The translations under genes were made by a program, and so were the position numbers. The notes under the pieces are model-generated. The model searched no databases and was not told the origin of the DNA. It saw only the letters and a program-made list of their open reading frames with translations. Below, piece after piece: positions 27,542 through 38,276 of a stretch of DNA of 64,000 nucleotides; positions within the stretch are counted from its first letter, which is position 1; each line of letters opens with the position of its first letter. This DNA comes from an uncultured delta proteobacterium (GTDB lineage: Bacteria; Myxococcota_A; Polyangia; Fen-1088): the NCBI GenBank assembly GCA_963755125.1, contig CAVWIP010000005.1:26228-90227 (forward strand), written 5' to 3'.

Positions 27542-28528
27542 ATGCGCGCCTGGCTACTCGACGATTTCATCGGTGTTGGCAGTTTGCGTCTGGCGGAGAT
27601 GCCTGATCCAGTTCCGCAAGAGGGTGAAGTGATCCTCGGAGTTCACTACGCCAGTCTGAATCCCGCCGACCGTTACCTGGCCGAGGGGCAGTATCCGGCC
27701 AACCCGCCCTTCCCCCACGTTCTCGGCCGCGACGGCATGGGAACCGTCGAGCGAGTTGGACCCGGGGTGACGCTGCTCCGGCCGGGAGACCGGCGGGCCA
27801 TTCTACGCGGCGAGGTGGGTGTGAACCGTCCCGGCACATTTGCCGAACGAGTCGCTGTGCCCGTCGACAATCTGGTCGAGATTCCGGCCGGCTGGAGCGA
27901 TCCCGAGGTGGCCGGCGCCACGCTGGTCTATCTGACTGCACACCAGGCGCTCACCATGTGGGGCGCGCTGCCGCCGGAATCGCTGGTGCTGGTCACCGGC
28001 GCGTCGGGCGGCGTGGGCGTTGCGGCCGTACAACTCGCACGAGCCATGGGGCACAGAGTGCTCGCTCTGTCCCGCAGCGAGGGAAAGAGCCGCCGACTCC
28101 GGGAACTTGGTGCAACGAACACGTTCGATCCACAAGACCCCGATTGGCGGCAATCCGCCAAGGCCGCGATCGCTCCTCGCCGTGTCGACCTGGCGATCGA
28201 CAACATCGGCGGCAAGCTACTCCCCGAGGTCATCGATCTGCTCGGCAATCTCGGCAAGGTCAGCGTGGTAGGACGTCTCGCCGGACCGGTGCCGGAGTTC
28301 AACACCGCAACCCTGTTCTTCCGCCGCATTCGCGTGGGCGGCGTCGCGGTCGGCGCCTGGACCAGCGCGGAGAGCCGCGCAGCATGGGGAGAAGTCCTGA
28401 TGTTGCTGTCGAGCGCCAGCGCCCGACCGCAGGTCGATTCCTGCTTCCCCTTCGAGGATCTCCCGAAGGCGTTCGCACGCCTGGCCCACGGCCCGATGGG
28501 GAAGGTGGTTGTTAAGGTAAAAGAATGA
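27542..28528 (+). CDS. MDR-family (quinone) oxidoreductase
   Basis: ASLNPAD, LGRDGMG, GTFAE, LVTGASGGVGVAAVQLA, GKVVV. Confidence 0.9.
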   Translation: MRAWLLDDFIGVGSLRLAEMPDPVPQEGEVILGVHYASLNPADRYLAEGQYPANPPFPHVLGRDGMGTVERVGPGVTLLRPGDRRAILRGEVGVNRPGTFAERVAVPVDNLVEIPAGWSDPEVAGATLVYLTAHQALTMWGALPPESLVLVTGASGGVGVAAVQLARAMGHRVLALSRSEGKSRRLRELGATNTFDPQDPDWRQSAKAAIAPRRVDLAIDNIGGKLLPEVIDLLGNLGKVSVVGRLAGPVPEFNTATLFFRRIRVGGVAVGAWTSAESRAAWGEVLMLLSSASARPQVDSCFPFEDLPKAFARLAHGPMGKVVVKVKE

Positions 28529-28612
28529 TGAGCGCCGCTGTCGCTTTGTGCCGAGTGGCCGGCAACTGTCAACCCGAACCCGCCACCTCGCCGACCTGCG
28601 CGACGTGCCTCG

Positions 28613-29233
28613 CTACGAATTCTCCAGAACCACGCCCTCGATGATGTTGGCCACGTCTTCACAGCGATCGGTGGCGGTTTCGAGCAGCTCGTATATCTCT
28701 TTCCACTTGATCACGAAGATGGGATCCTTCGCCTCTTTGAACAGCTTGGCGATGGCCGCCCGCAACTGCACGTCTGCCTCGTTCTCCAACCGGTTGATCT
28801 CGACGCATTTCTCCAGGATCAGATCCGGGTTCTTCAGATTGCGCATCCCCGAAAGCGCCTCCAGCACGCGTTCCGCCCCGTGCAGCAGGGTGCGCGCCAA
28901 GTCGGCCAGTTCCGGGGTAGGCTGGTGGATGTCGTACACCAGCAGGCGCTGCGCCGCTGCCTCCACGAAATCCATCACATCATCCATCTTCGAGATCAAG
29001 CGGAAGATATCGTTGCGATCGATGGGCGTGATGAAGGTCTTGTGCAGGCGCGCGACAACACCATGTGTGATGTGGTCACACTCGCTCTCGATGGCCTTTA
29101 TGCGCGGACTGACGGCGGCGCAGTCGTTGCCACCCTCCGCCATGTCAAGAAAGGCACGACAGCCCTCGACCGTCTTTGCAGCGTGCTTCTCGAAATCGTC
29201 GAAAAAGGACTCTTCTCGCGGCAGCAGGCGCAT
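28613..29233 (-). CDS. DUF47 / PhoU-like phosphate transport regulator
   Basis: From ATG 29233: MRLLPREESFF, IESECD, TFITPIDRNDI, LENEAD, WKEIYELLETATDRCEDVAN. Confidence 0.92.
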   Translation of the reverse strand: MRLLPREESFFDDFEKHAAKTVEGCRAFLDMAEGGNDCAAVSPRIKAIESECDHITHGVVARLHKTFITPIDRNDIFRLISKMDDVMDFVEAAAQRLLVYDIHQPTPELADLARTLLHGAERVLEALSGMRNLKNPDLILEKCVEINRLENEADVQLRAAIAKLFKEAKDPIFVIKWKEIYELLETATDRCEDVANIIEGVVLENS

Positions 29234-29332
29234 GTTCAAGGGCTGTATCGCTGAAGCGGGCTGCGCTGTCAACCTGGCGGATGTTGGATCGTCCTCGTGG
29301 ACCAACCACCGCGGGTGTTTCATAGTGCGCGG

Positions 29333-31036
29333 GTGAGCGAGACGCGCAAACCAGCCTCAGAATCCGAGGGCCGTGTTGCGGCCCTGCCCCGCACCCGCGC
29401 CCAACTCGACCGCGGCTGTCGCGGCCGGCGTGCCGACGCGATGTTCGCCGCGGCCGATCCGGTCAGCGCCATTCGCGCCCTGCCGGCCGACGAGTTCTTC
29501 TACGTCGTGCATGATCTGGGCTTTCCGGAGGCCCTCGATGTTTTCGTTCAGGGCACGGCTGAGCAGGTGCAAGGCGCACTTGACCTCGCCCTCTGGGACC
29601 GCGACCAGATCTCCCGCGAGCGCGCTGACGAGTGGCTGGCCAACATGGCGCAGGCTCCCTACGAAACCGTGGCGGCCTGGGTACGGGGCCTCGACATCGA
29701 ACTGGTCGCCCTGCTGATTCGCCAGCGGGCTCGCATCTACGACCTGTCACTGGAGGAACCTCCTGACGATCCCGAGGGCGACCTGCTCGACACACCGGAT
29801 CGCCTCTTCACGCTGGAGTTGCTGGGCGACGAGGAAACCCAGCGGGCGACCCTGCATCTGGTGGAGAACCTTTATCGCGCGGACCAGTCCATGATGCGCC
29901 GGATCCTCGTCGGTACGCGCTCGGAGATCGACGTGGACCTGGAGGAAACGGCCTTCCGCTGGCGATCAGGCCGCATGGCCGACCTGGGCTTCGTGGATTT
30001 CTACGAAGCTCTCGAAGTCTATCGCGAACTGGATCCTGCCAGCGTGCAACTGGAACCTGGGCCGGCCGTGTCGGCGCAAACGTCCGACGAGTCGACCGCG
30101 GGTGCCCACCAGCGCCTGCCGGTGTTGATGGCCGACCGCCTAGCCGACTCGACACCGTTCGCCCGTGCCGTGGCTGCTCTGACGTCAGCGGCGGAGGCCG
30201 CCGAGTTGCACTCCTCTCTGGTGGCGCTGTGCAACCGGGTGCTGTCCGCAGACCGGGTCTCGCCCGGAGACGATCCGGTGGTTGCCGGCGTGCTTGCACG
30301 GGTGGCGGCCACGCTGGACCTGGCGGTGGAGTTTCTCAGCCGAGGGAACGATGCCGCTGGCGTGGCTGCGGTGCGCTGCGTACCCTTGACCAAGCTCTTC
30401 CGTCTGGGCGTCAGCCTGGTTGGCAAGCTGCACAAGCTCGCTCGGTCGCTGGTACGTGACAACCCCTTTGCCGCGCTTCGGCCCGCGGTTGATATCTGGG
30501 AGCCCGAGGACGCCGAAATCCTGGCTGCCCTGACCAGACTTCGTCCGCTATTCCCTCGCCTTCTCGACAATCCGCCAACCGCCGGAGAGCGTCCTTTTGG
30601 AAGCCTGCACGACCTGGCCACGGCCACGGCCGCCATGGAGCGAGCCGGGGCGGCCCTTGCCCTGGTGGTCGGACTGGGCGTGCGGCCAGAGCACGTCTCT
30701 CCCGAGCGACTGAGCGTGATGGGCGTCGCCGATCCCGCCGTACTCGACACCGGACGGCTGGCACGAACGGTTCTGGTCCAACGCCTGCTCGAACTGGCGC
30801 CCGGCCCTGTCCAAGCTTTGCCGGCCGCGACCATTTCATCATTCAAGGAAAAGTTTAACGGCAGCCCAAAACGTATTGAAATAATGGCAAAATCAGCGGC
30901 GACAATTCTGCAATCTGTCGCCCCAGGAGGGTCATTCGCGACGGCTACGGAGGCGGTCGCCGCCCGCTGGCTACACGGCCTTGCGCCGCTCGGACCAGTC
31001 CTAGTTGCGGACAAGTCGGACCGCGAACCGGGATAG
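29333..31036 (+). CDS. Conserved hypothetical protein (DUF6178-like)
   Basis: DLALWDRD, LEETAFRWRSGRMADLGFVDFYEALEVY, LCNRVLSAD, LFRLG, recalled as typical of this deltaproteobacterial family; not database-checked. Confidence 0.7.
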   Translation: MSETRKPASESEGRVAALPRTRAQLDRGCRGRRADAMFAAADPVSAIRALPADEFFYVVHDLGFPEALDVFVQGTAEQVQGALDLALWDRDQISRERADEWLANMAQAPYETVAAWVRGLDIELVALLIRQRARIYDLSLEEPPDDPEGDLLDTPDRLFTLELLGDEETQRATLHLVENLYRADQSMMRRILVGTRSEIDVDLEETAFRWRSGRMADLGFVDFYEALEVYRELDPASVQLEPGPAVSAQTSDESTAGAHQRLPVLMADRLADSTPFARAVAALTSAAEAAELHSSLVALCNRVLSADRVSPGDDPVVAGVLARVAATLDLAVEFLSRGNDAAGVAAVRCVPLTKLFRLGVSLVGKLHKLARSLVRDNPFAALRPAVDIWEPEDAEILAALTRLRPLFPRLLDNPPTAGERPFGSLHDLATATAAMERAGAALALVVGLGVRPEHVSPERLSVMGVADPAVLDTGRLARTVLVQRLLELAPGPVQALPAATISSFKEKFNGSPKRIEIMAKSAATILQSVAPGGSFATATEAVAARWLHGLAPLGPVLVADKSDREPG

Positions 31037-31195
31037 CAGCCGCTGCTCTACCCTTGACACCGATGGCCAGCCCGCAGTACGTGGAAGCGCTAGCAGACAG
31101 ACCGCTTCCCGCGAGTCGGGAATAAAGTCCCGGCTTGCGCGGTTTGCCCGGGGGTGCCGCAAGCGGCTCCGACTGAACAATTCAATGAGGATCAA

Positions 31196-32158
31196 ATGCC
31201 AGAGCTGATGATTCAGGTTGAGAACCTCACCAAGGTCTACGGCGCCACGCGGGCCGTGGACGACGTCACGTTCAACGTGCGCAAGGGCGAGGTGCTCGGG
31301 TTCTTGGGCCCCAACGGCGCGGGCAAGTCGACCACCATGAAGATGTTGACTTGCTACCTGGCGCCCAGCGGTGGCCGGGCAAAAGTGGCGGGCTTCGACG
31401 TGTTCGACGACTCGCTGGAGGTGCGCAAGCACCTCGGCTACCTGCCTGAAGACACACCGCTCTACAAGGACATGACCGTGCTCGAGTACCTGCAGTTCGC
31501 GGCAGCCATGCGCGGCATGGCTGCCGACCGCAGCGAGAAGCGCATCAAGGAGATCGGCGGCCGTTGCGGCCTGCACGATGTGGCGGGCAAGCTGATCGGC
31601 GAGCTGTCGCGCGGCTACCGGCAGCGCGCAGGGCTGGCGCAGGCCATGCTCGACGACCCGGACATCCTCATCCTCGACGAGCCCACCAGCGGGCTCGACC
31701 CCAACCAGATCGTCGAGATTCGCAAGCTCATCAAGGAAGTGGGCCAAGAAAAGACGGTCATCCTGTCGACCCACATCCTGCCGGAGGTTCAGGCCACCTG
31801 CAGCCGCATCCTCATCATCAGCAGCGGCAAGCTGGTAGCCGACGGCACGCCCGACGACCTGCGTGCGCGGGAAAAAGGCTGCCGCTACCGCCTGCTGGTC
31901 GAGGCCAACGGGACCACCCAGGACGCCATCAAGACGCGTCTGGGCAGCATCAAAGGCGTGTCTCGTTGCGAGACCACGCTCGGCGAAGACGGCGCCTATG
32001 CCTTCACCTTGGATGCGGCCGCGGATGAGGATCTGCGCAAGATCCTGTTCCGTGCTGCCGTGGAAAACAAATGGACCCTGCTGGAACTGCACCGTGAGTC
32101 CGCCAGCCTGGAAACCGTGTTCCGCAACCTGACCACCAAGGAAGAGGTCAAGTCATGA
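31196..32158 (+). CDS. ABC transporter ATP-binding protein (GldA-like)
   Basis: GPNGAGKST, LSRGYRQR, LILDEPTSGLDP, STH; ATG 31196 with GAGG RBS. Confidence 0.95.
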   Translation: MPELMIQVENLTKVYGATRAVDDVTFNVRKGEVLGFLGPNGAGKSTTMKMLTCYLAPSGGRAKVAGFDVFDDSLEVRKHLGYLPEDTPLYKDMTVLEYLQFAAAMRGMAADRSEKRIKEIGGRCGLHDVAGKLIGELSRGYRQRAGLAQAMLDDPDILILDEPTSGLDPNQIVEIRKLIKEVGQEKTVILSTHILPEVQATCSRILIISSGKLVADGTPDDLRAREKGCRYRLLVEANGTTQDAIKTRLGSIKGVSRCETTLGEDGAYAFTLDAAADEDLRKILFRAAVENKWTLLELHRESASLETVFRNLTTKEEVKS

Positions 32159-32865
32159 ACGCCGCGCTCACCATCGCCAAGCGGGAGATCCGCACCTACT
32201 TCAACTCGCCCATCGCGTACATCGTCCTGACGGTGTTCCTACTGCTGGCGGGCTACCTCTTCTTCGGCTCGCTCTTCATCGAGCGGCAAGCCGAGTTGCG
32301 CTCCTACTTCAACCTCATGCCGCTCTTGCTCGCCTTCATCGTGCCGGCCATGGCCATGCGCCTCATCTCCGAGGAGAAAGGCAGCGGCTCGCTGGAGATG
32401 CTGATCACCATGCCGGTGCGCGACTGGCAAGTCATCGTCGGCAAGTTCCTGGCGGGCATGGCCTTGCTGGCCACGCTGGTGGGTTTGACCTTGCTCTACG
32501 GTGTCACGGTCATGGCGGTCGGGCCGCTCGACAAGGGGCCGGCCATCGGCGGGTACCTGGGCATCCTGCTCATGGGCGGGGCCTACATGGCCATCGGGGT
32601 CATGGCTTCGACCTTCACGCGCAATCAGATCGTCGCGTTCATCATCGGATTCGCCATCTCGTTCGCGCTGTACCTGTTCTATCGCCTGTTGCCCTTCACT
32701 CCCGAGTCCATCCGGCCGGTGCTGGCCTACCTGAGCGTCGAGTCGCATTTCGAGGGCATCAGCCGCGGCATCATCGATTCGCGCGACATCGTTTATTACC
32801 TGTCCGTGATGGTGGTCTCTCTGGTCATCGCCACGGTCACCCTCGAGTCCCGGAAGTGGAGGTGA
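32155..32865 (+). CDS. ABC-2 permease (GldF-like)
   Basis: REIRTYFNSPIAY, MRLISEEKGSGSLEML, GKF, STFTRNQIVA, RGIIDSRDIVYY; six TM-like segments. Confidence 0.92.
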   Translation: MNAALTIAKREIRTYFNSPIAYIVLTVFLLLAGYLFFGSLFIERQAELRSYFNLMPLLLAFIVPAMAMRLISEEKGSGSLEMLITMPVRDWQVIVGKFLAGMALLATLVGLTLLYGVTVMAVGPLDKGPAIGGYLGILLMGGAYMAIGVMASTFTRNQIVAFIIGFAISFALYLFYRLLPFTPESIRPVLAYLSVESHFEGISRGIIDSRDIVYYLSVMVVSLVIATVTLESRKWR

Positions 32866-32868
32866 GCC

Positions 32869-34509
32869 ATGTCACCATCATCGAGCCAAAAGCGCGCCTA
32901 CGCCTCCAACGCCATCCTCTACGCGCTCTTCGTCGTCGGCGTGGTCGTCCTGATCAACTTGATCGGCACGCGGTTCTTCGGCCGCCTCGACTTGACCGAG
33001 AACAAGGTCTACACCCTGTCACAGCCGTCACGGGATCTGGTGAAGACTCTGCCGGACTTCTTGACCGTCAAGGCCTTCATCTCGTCTGACCTGCCCCCCG
33101 AGATAAAGACCTTGTCGCGTTACGTTCGCGACATGGTCGATGAGTACCGCACCAGTTCCAACGGGAAGTTCCGCTGGGAAGCCGTCCCGGACTCGGACAA
33201 GAACATCGACCAGGACGCCACTCACTGCAAGGTCGACAAGATCCAGATCCAGGTCTTGCGTGGCACCAAGTTCGAGATGGGCTCCTACTACCTGGGCCTG
33301 TGCTTCCTGTACGGCGACAAGATGGAGTCGATCCCGCAGATCAGCCGGGCCGAGGGTCTCGAGTTCGAGATCTCATCGCTCATCAAGAAGCTGACGGTCA
33401 AGAAGAAGAAGATCGCGTTCACCACGGGCCACGGCGAATCCGACACCAACCAGGGCTTCCGCGCCTTGAAGCAGGTTCTGGAACAGGAGTACGACCTGAC
33501 CACGGTGAATCCCTCGACCGCCGAGATCGCCGCTGACGTGGACGGCCTGGTTGTCGGCGGCCCCAAGCAGGCTCTCGACGAAAAAGGCCAGCGCGAGATC
33601 GACCGGTTCCTGATGACCGGCCGGGGCGCGGTCATTCTCGACGACGGCATGGCGGTCAGCTCGCCCCAGCAGTTTGCCCAGTCTGGGATGGGCCAGATCA
33701 AGATGGTGCAGACCAACCAAACCGGCCTGGACAAGGTTCTCGAACCCTACGGCTTCAAGGTCGGGCAGAACGTGATTGCGGACAACGAGGCGGCCATGCC
33801 CGGTCTCATCGACATGGGTGGCGGACGTCGAGGCCTGACCCAGCTCCCGATATGGGTGGGCGTGCAGATCGCAAAAAACCAGGGCATCTCCATCCTGGAC
33901 GGCATACGCGGCCTGGTCTTCCCGCTGGCCAGCACGGTTGATCTGGTGGGCCCCCTGGCAGGCGGCAATGTGCCCGCAGGAGGCAAGCTGTGGAAGCTGG
34001 CTTCCTCCAGCCCGAGCAGTTGGAAGCACGCGAGCTTCTTCATCATCAACCAGAACACCAAGATCGAGGAATCCAAGGAACGTGGCCCGTTTGCCTTCGG
34101 CTATGCCTATCAGGGGCCGCTCAAGAGCGCCTTCGTGCCAGCGTCTGCGGCCGGCGTATCCACGGCCGAGAAGCAGCCGCTGTCCGAATCGCAGAAGCCC
34201 GTGCGCCTGGTGGTCATCGGCGACTCGGACTTTGCCAACGACGACTACTTCCAGCTCGCCCGCGCCTTCCCCTTCTACGAGGCGGGCGCGCTCATGCTCC
34301 ACAACGCCATCGGCTGGACGGTTGAGGATGAGGCTCTCATCCCGCTCCGTTCCAAGTCCATGGGCAGCCGCCCGCTAGGGACGATTTCCGAAGCCAAGGC
34401 CAGCACGCTCAAGTGGGTCAACGTCCTGGGTTTGCCGGTGCTGTTCTGCGCCTACGGGGTGGTCCGCTGGCGCCTGCGCCGCATGACCCGCAGCTCTCAG
34501 ACCATCTAG
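32869..34509 (+). CDS. GldG-like ABC auxiliary component
   Basis: N-terminal TM, RLDLTENKVYTLS, FTTGHGE, RLVVIGDSDF, NAIGW, C-terminal TM. Confidence 0.9.
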   Translation: MSPSSSQKRAYASNAILYALFVVGVVVLINLIGTRFFGRLDLTENKVYTLSQPSRDLVKTLPDFLTVKAFISSDLPPEIKTLSRYVRDMVDEYRTSSNGKFRWEAVPDSDKNIDQDATHCKVDKIQIQVLRGTKFEMGSYYLGLCFLYGDKMESIPQISRAEGLEFEISSLIKKLTVKKKKIAFTTGHGESDTNQGFRALKQVLEQEYDLTTVNPSTAEIAADVDGLVVGGPKQALDEKGQREIDRFLMTGRGAVILDDGMAVSSPQQFAQSGMGQIKMVQTNQTGLDKVLEPYGFKVGQNVIADNEAAMPGLIDMGGGRRGLTQLPIWVGVQIAKNQGISILDGIRGLVFPLASTVDLVGPLAGGNVPAGGKLWKLASSSPSSWKHASFFIINQNTKIEESKERGPFAFGYAYQGPLKSAFVPASAAGVSTAEKQPLSESQKPVRLVVIGDSDFANDDYFQLARAFPFYEAGALMLHNAIGWTVEDEALIPLRSKSMGSRPLGTISEAKASTLKWVNVLGLPVLFCAYGVVRWRLRRMTRSSQTI

Positions 34510-34525
34510 CCAGTCGAGGTAGCCC

Positions 34526-35893
34526 ATGAATCGCAAGACCCTGCTCGCCGGCGCCATCTTTGCCGGCCTCGTTCTCGTCACCATCGCCCTTCTGCGCTCG
34601 CCCGAGAAGGGCACCCGGCCCACCGGGGAGCGCCCGCGTCCCATCCCCAAACTCAAGGCGAACGACTTCGACACCCTGGAAGTGACCAAGGGTGGCGTCA
34701 CCACCGTCATGAAGAAACAAGGCGATGGCTACCAGATCGTGAAGCCGGTCGATTACCCGGCCGACAAAGACGGGGCCAAGGCGGCCTTTGAAGGCATCGA
34801 AAAGCTCGAGTTCAACGACATCATCTCGGACCAGAAGAGCCGGCACAACGAGTTCGAGGTGGGTGAGGGTAGCCTGCGTGTGGTGGTGAAGAAGGGCGAC
34901 AAGCTTCTGGCCGACTTGCACGTGGGCAAGACCGCGAACGACGAGAATATGGTGCGCATCGAGGGCAAGGACGACGTGTGGGCCACGACTGGGTTCTTCA
35001 GGCACCAGTTGGACAAGGACACCCCGGCCTGGCGCGACAAGCACATCGCCCGGTTCGAGGACAAGGAGGCCGACAAGATCGAGATCGCGACCAACGCGCA
35101 CGGCCGGATCGTGGTGACGAGGCCGGCTCCCACGGATGCGGGCGCGGCGCCTGAATGGCGCGCGGTCGAGTCTAGCGTGAAGGTCGAGCCCTTTGACAAG
35201 AGGGCGGCCACCGATCTGGTTACCGCGTTCTCCACTCTGCTGGCGTTCGAGTTCGCGGACAACGTCAAGCCCGAGGAAACCGGCCTGGACTCACCCGAGA
35301 ACACCATCACCGTCTCGCTGCGCAACGGCAAGCAGTATCAGCTCCTGGTCGGCAAGCACAAGGCCGACGGGAACACCTACGTCAAGATGGCTGACAAGCC
35401 TCAGGTGTTCGTGATCACGAAGTACACGCGCGATCAGCTCAACAAGCGTCCCATCGATTTCCGCGACAAGACCGTGTGCAACCTGACCTCGGCCGAGGTG
35501 ACCGAGGTCGCGGTGATGCGCGACAAGGATCCCTTCGTGCTGACCAAGGCTTCCGGCAAGACAGGAGACGACGCCTGGAAGTTGACCAAGCCGGCCGGCG
35601 CGAAGGCGGACATCTCGAAGGCCAACGCGCTCGCGGGATTCTTCCTAGATTGGAAGGCGCAGGGCTATGCCGACGACAACTCGCCCAAGACAACCGGTCT
35701 TGCCAAGCCCGCCATCACCATCACGGCCAAATCGAACGTGAAGGGCCATGCCTGCGCGCTGAAGGTCGGGGGCGAAACCACCGACAAGAGCAACTACTAC
35801 GTCATGGCGAACAACCAGCCCGACATCTTCCTGATTGGCAAGTGGGCCGTCGACCGCATCGCGGTCAAGCTCGACGACGTCAAGAAGAAGTGA
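34526..35893 (+). CDS. DUF4340 domain protein
   Basis: N-terminal TM, repeated units ending WRDK/FRDK, TGLDSP/TGLAKP; usual fourth gene of this ABC module. Confidence 0.85.
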   Translation: MNRKTLLAGAIFAGLVLVTIALLRSPEKGTRPTGERPRPIPKLKANDFDTLEVTKGGVTTVMKKQGDGYQIVKPVDYPADKDGAKAAFEGIEKLEFNDIISDQKSRHNEFEVGEGSLRVVVKKGDKLLADLHVGKTANDENMVRIEGKDDVWATTGFFRHQLDKDTPAWRDKHIARFEDKEADKIEIATNAHGRIVVTRPAPTDAGAAPEWRAVESSVKVEPFDKRAATDLVTAFSTLLAFEFADNVKPEETGLDSPENTITVSLRNGKQYQLLVGKHKADGNTYVKMADKPQVFVITKYTRDQLNKRPIDFRDKTVCNLTSAEVTEVAVMRDKDPFVLTKASGKTGDDAWKLTKPAGAKADISKANALAGFFLDWKAQGYADDNSPKTTGLAKPAITITAKSNVKGHACALKVGGETTDKSNYYVMANNQPDIFLIGKWAVDRIAVKLDDVKKK

Positions 35894-35905
35894 CGAATCG
35901 GTCAT

Positions 35906-35950
35906 GGCCGTGGCCGCCGGTGATCACACCGGCCACGGCCACGGCCTTCT
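35906..35950. terminator. GC-rich hairpin between convergent genes (probable terminator)
   Basis: GGCCGTGG-ccg-CCGGTG/atca/CACCGG-CCACGGCC, followed by acggccTTCT; lies between the DUF4340 and gap stop codons. Confidence 0.55.
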
Positions 35951-35974
35951 GCGCCGGGCGACCGCAGGTCGCCC

Positions 35975-37153
<1,179 letters not shown>

Positions 37154-37156
37154 TCA

Positions 37157-38179
37157 ATGTCGCCAGTGCTCTCCGCCGACGGCGTGATCGCCGCTGCGCG
37201 GGCCTGCCGCTTCACTCTGGTCGGGGTGGCGTCGGCGGCACCCCTCGACCCGGCGCCCTTTCTGCAGTGGCTGGCAGCGGGCTATGGAACCGGGCTGGCC
37301 GCCATGCACAGGCGCGTGACCGAGCGTCTCGACCCCGGCGCCGTGGTGCCAGGCGCACGCACGGTGATCGCGCTGGGAATTCCCTATGGATCGGGTGAAG
37401 AGATGGCGGCACAGTCCGCGCGCCCGGTGATCGCGCGCTATGCCCGCGGACGCGACTACCACCTGGCCCATCGCGACCGCATGCGCGCCCTGCGCCGCCA
37501 CCTGCTGGAGATGGACCCCGGATTGAACAGCTACGCTTGCGTCGACGCCGGCGTGGCCATGGAAAAGGCGTGGGCCGAGCGTGCAGGTCTGGGCTGGATC
37601 GGAAAGCACGGCCTGGTGGTCAACCGGGAGCACGGCTCGTGGTTCACCCTGAGCGTGATGGTGATAGACCGCAGCCTCGATCGCTACCACCAGCCCCACC
37701 CCAGGCTGTGCGGCGATTGCGACCTGTGCCTGCGCGCCTGCCCGACCGGCGCATTTCCTTCGCCCGGCGTGGTCGACGCGCGGCTGTGCCTTTCCTACCA
37801 GACAGTGGAGAACCACGATTCGATTCCGGTTGCGCTTCGTGCCGCCCTGGCCGGGCGGGTGTTTGGCTGCGACGCCTGCCAGGAAGCCTGCCCCTACAAT
37901 CACGCCGGGCTGCCTGCAGGCGATCCCCGCCAGGCCGCGCGACCGATCGGTCTGATGTCAGCGACGGCAATTGCAACTCTCGGTTGCGACGAGTTTGCCC
38001 GCCTGGCAGCCGGCACTCCGATGGCGCGCGCGGGCTATCATGGCCTGCGCCGTAACGCCGCCCTGGCGCTCGCCTCCGACGGGCGGCCCAGCGCCCGCGC
38101 CGCGCTCGAACAGCTCGCCCGTGACACCAGCCCCATCGTCAGCGAGGCCGCGCAGTGGGCGCTCGGGCACGGCAGGTGA
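37157..38179 (+). CDS. queG: Epoxyqueuosine reductase
   Basis: ARYARGRDYH, EKAWAERAGLGWIGKH, CGDCDLCLRACPTGA, CLSYQT, FGCDACQEACPYN, C-terminal HEAT-like RRNAALAL..EAAQWAL. Confidence 0.95.
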   Translation: MSPVLSADGVIAAARACRFTLVGVASAAPLDPAPFLQWLAAGYGTGLAAMHRRVTERLDPGAVVPGARTVIALGIPYGSGEEMAAQSARPVIARYARGRDYHLAHRDRMRALRRHLLEMDPGLNSYACVDAGVAMEKAWAERAGLGWIGKHGLVVNREHGSWFTLSVMVIDRSLDRYHQPHPRLCGDCDLCLRACPTGAFPSPGVVDARLCLSYQTVENHDSIPVALRAALAGRVFGCDACQEACPYNHAGLPAGDPRQAARPIGLMSATAIATLGCDEFARLAAGTPMARAGYHGLRRNAALALASDGRPSARAALEQLARDTSPIVSEAAQWALGHGR

Positions 38180-38276
38180 TGGCACGTTCCCATTGCTCCG
38201 CCACACGCGCAGGGAGACTGTACATTAGATAAGTTGGGCGGCCCGAGTTCGAGGTAAAAGACGCGCCATAGCGCCC

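Noticed and set aside
30850..30895. AT-rich stretch as a possible dif site or oriC element
   Set aside because: No match to the XerD arm TTATGTTAAAT or to DnaA boxes TTATCCACA; kept only as an unexplained AT-rich patch.
38180..38196. TGGCACG...TTGC sigma54-like promoter
   Set aside because: The GG-to-GC spacing is 2 nt longer than the strict -24/-12 requirement.
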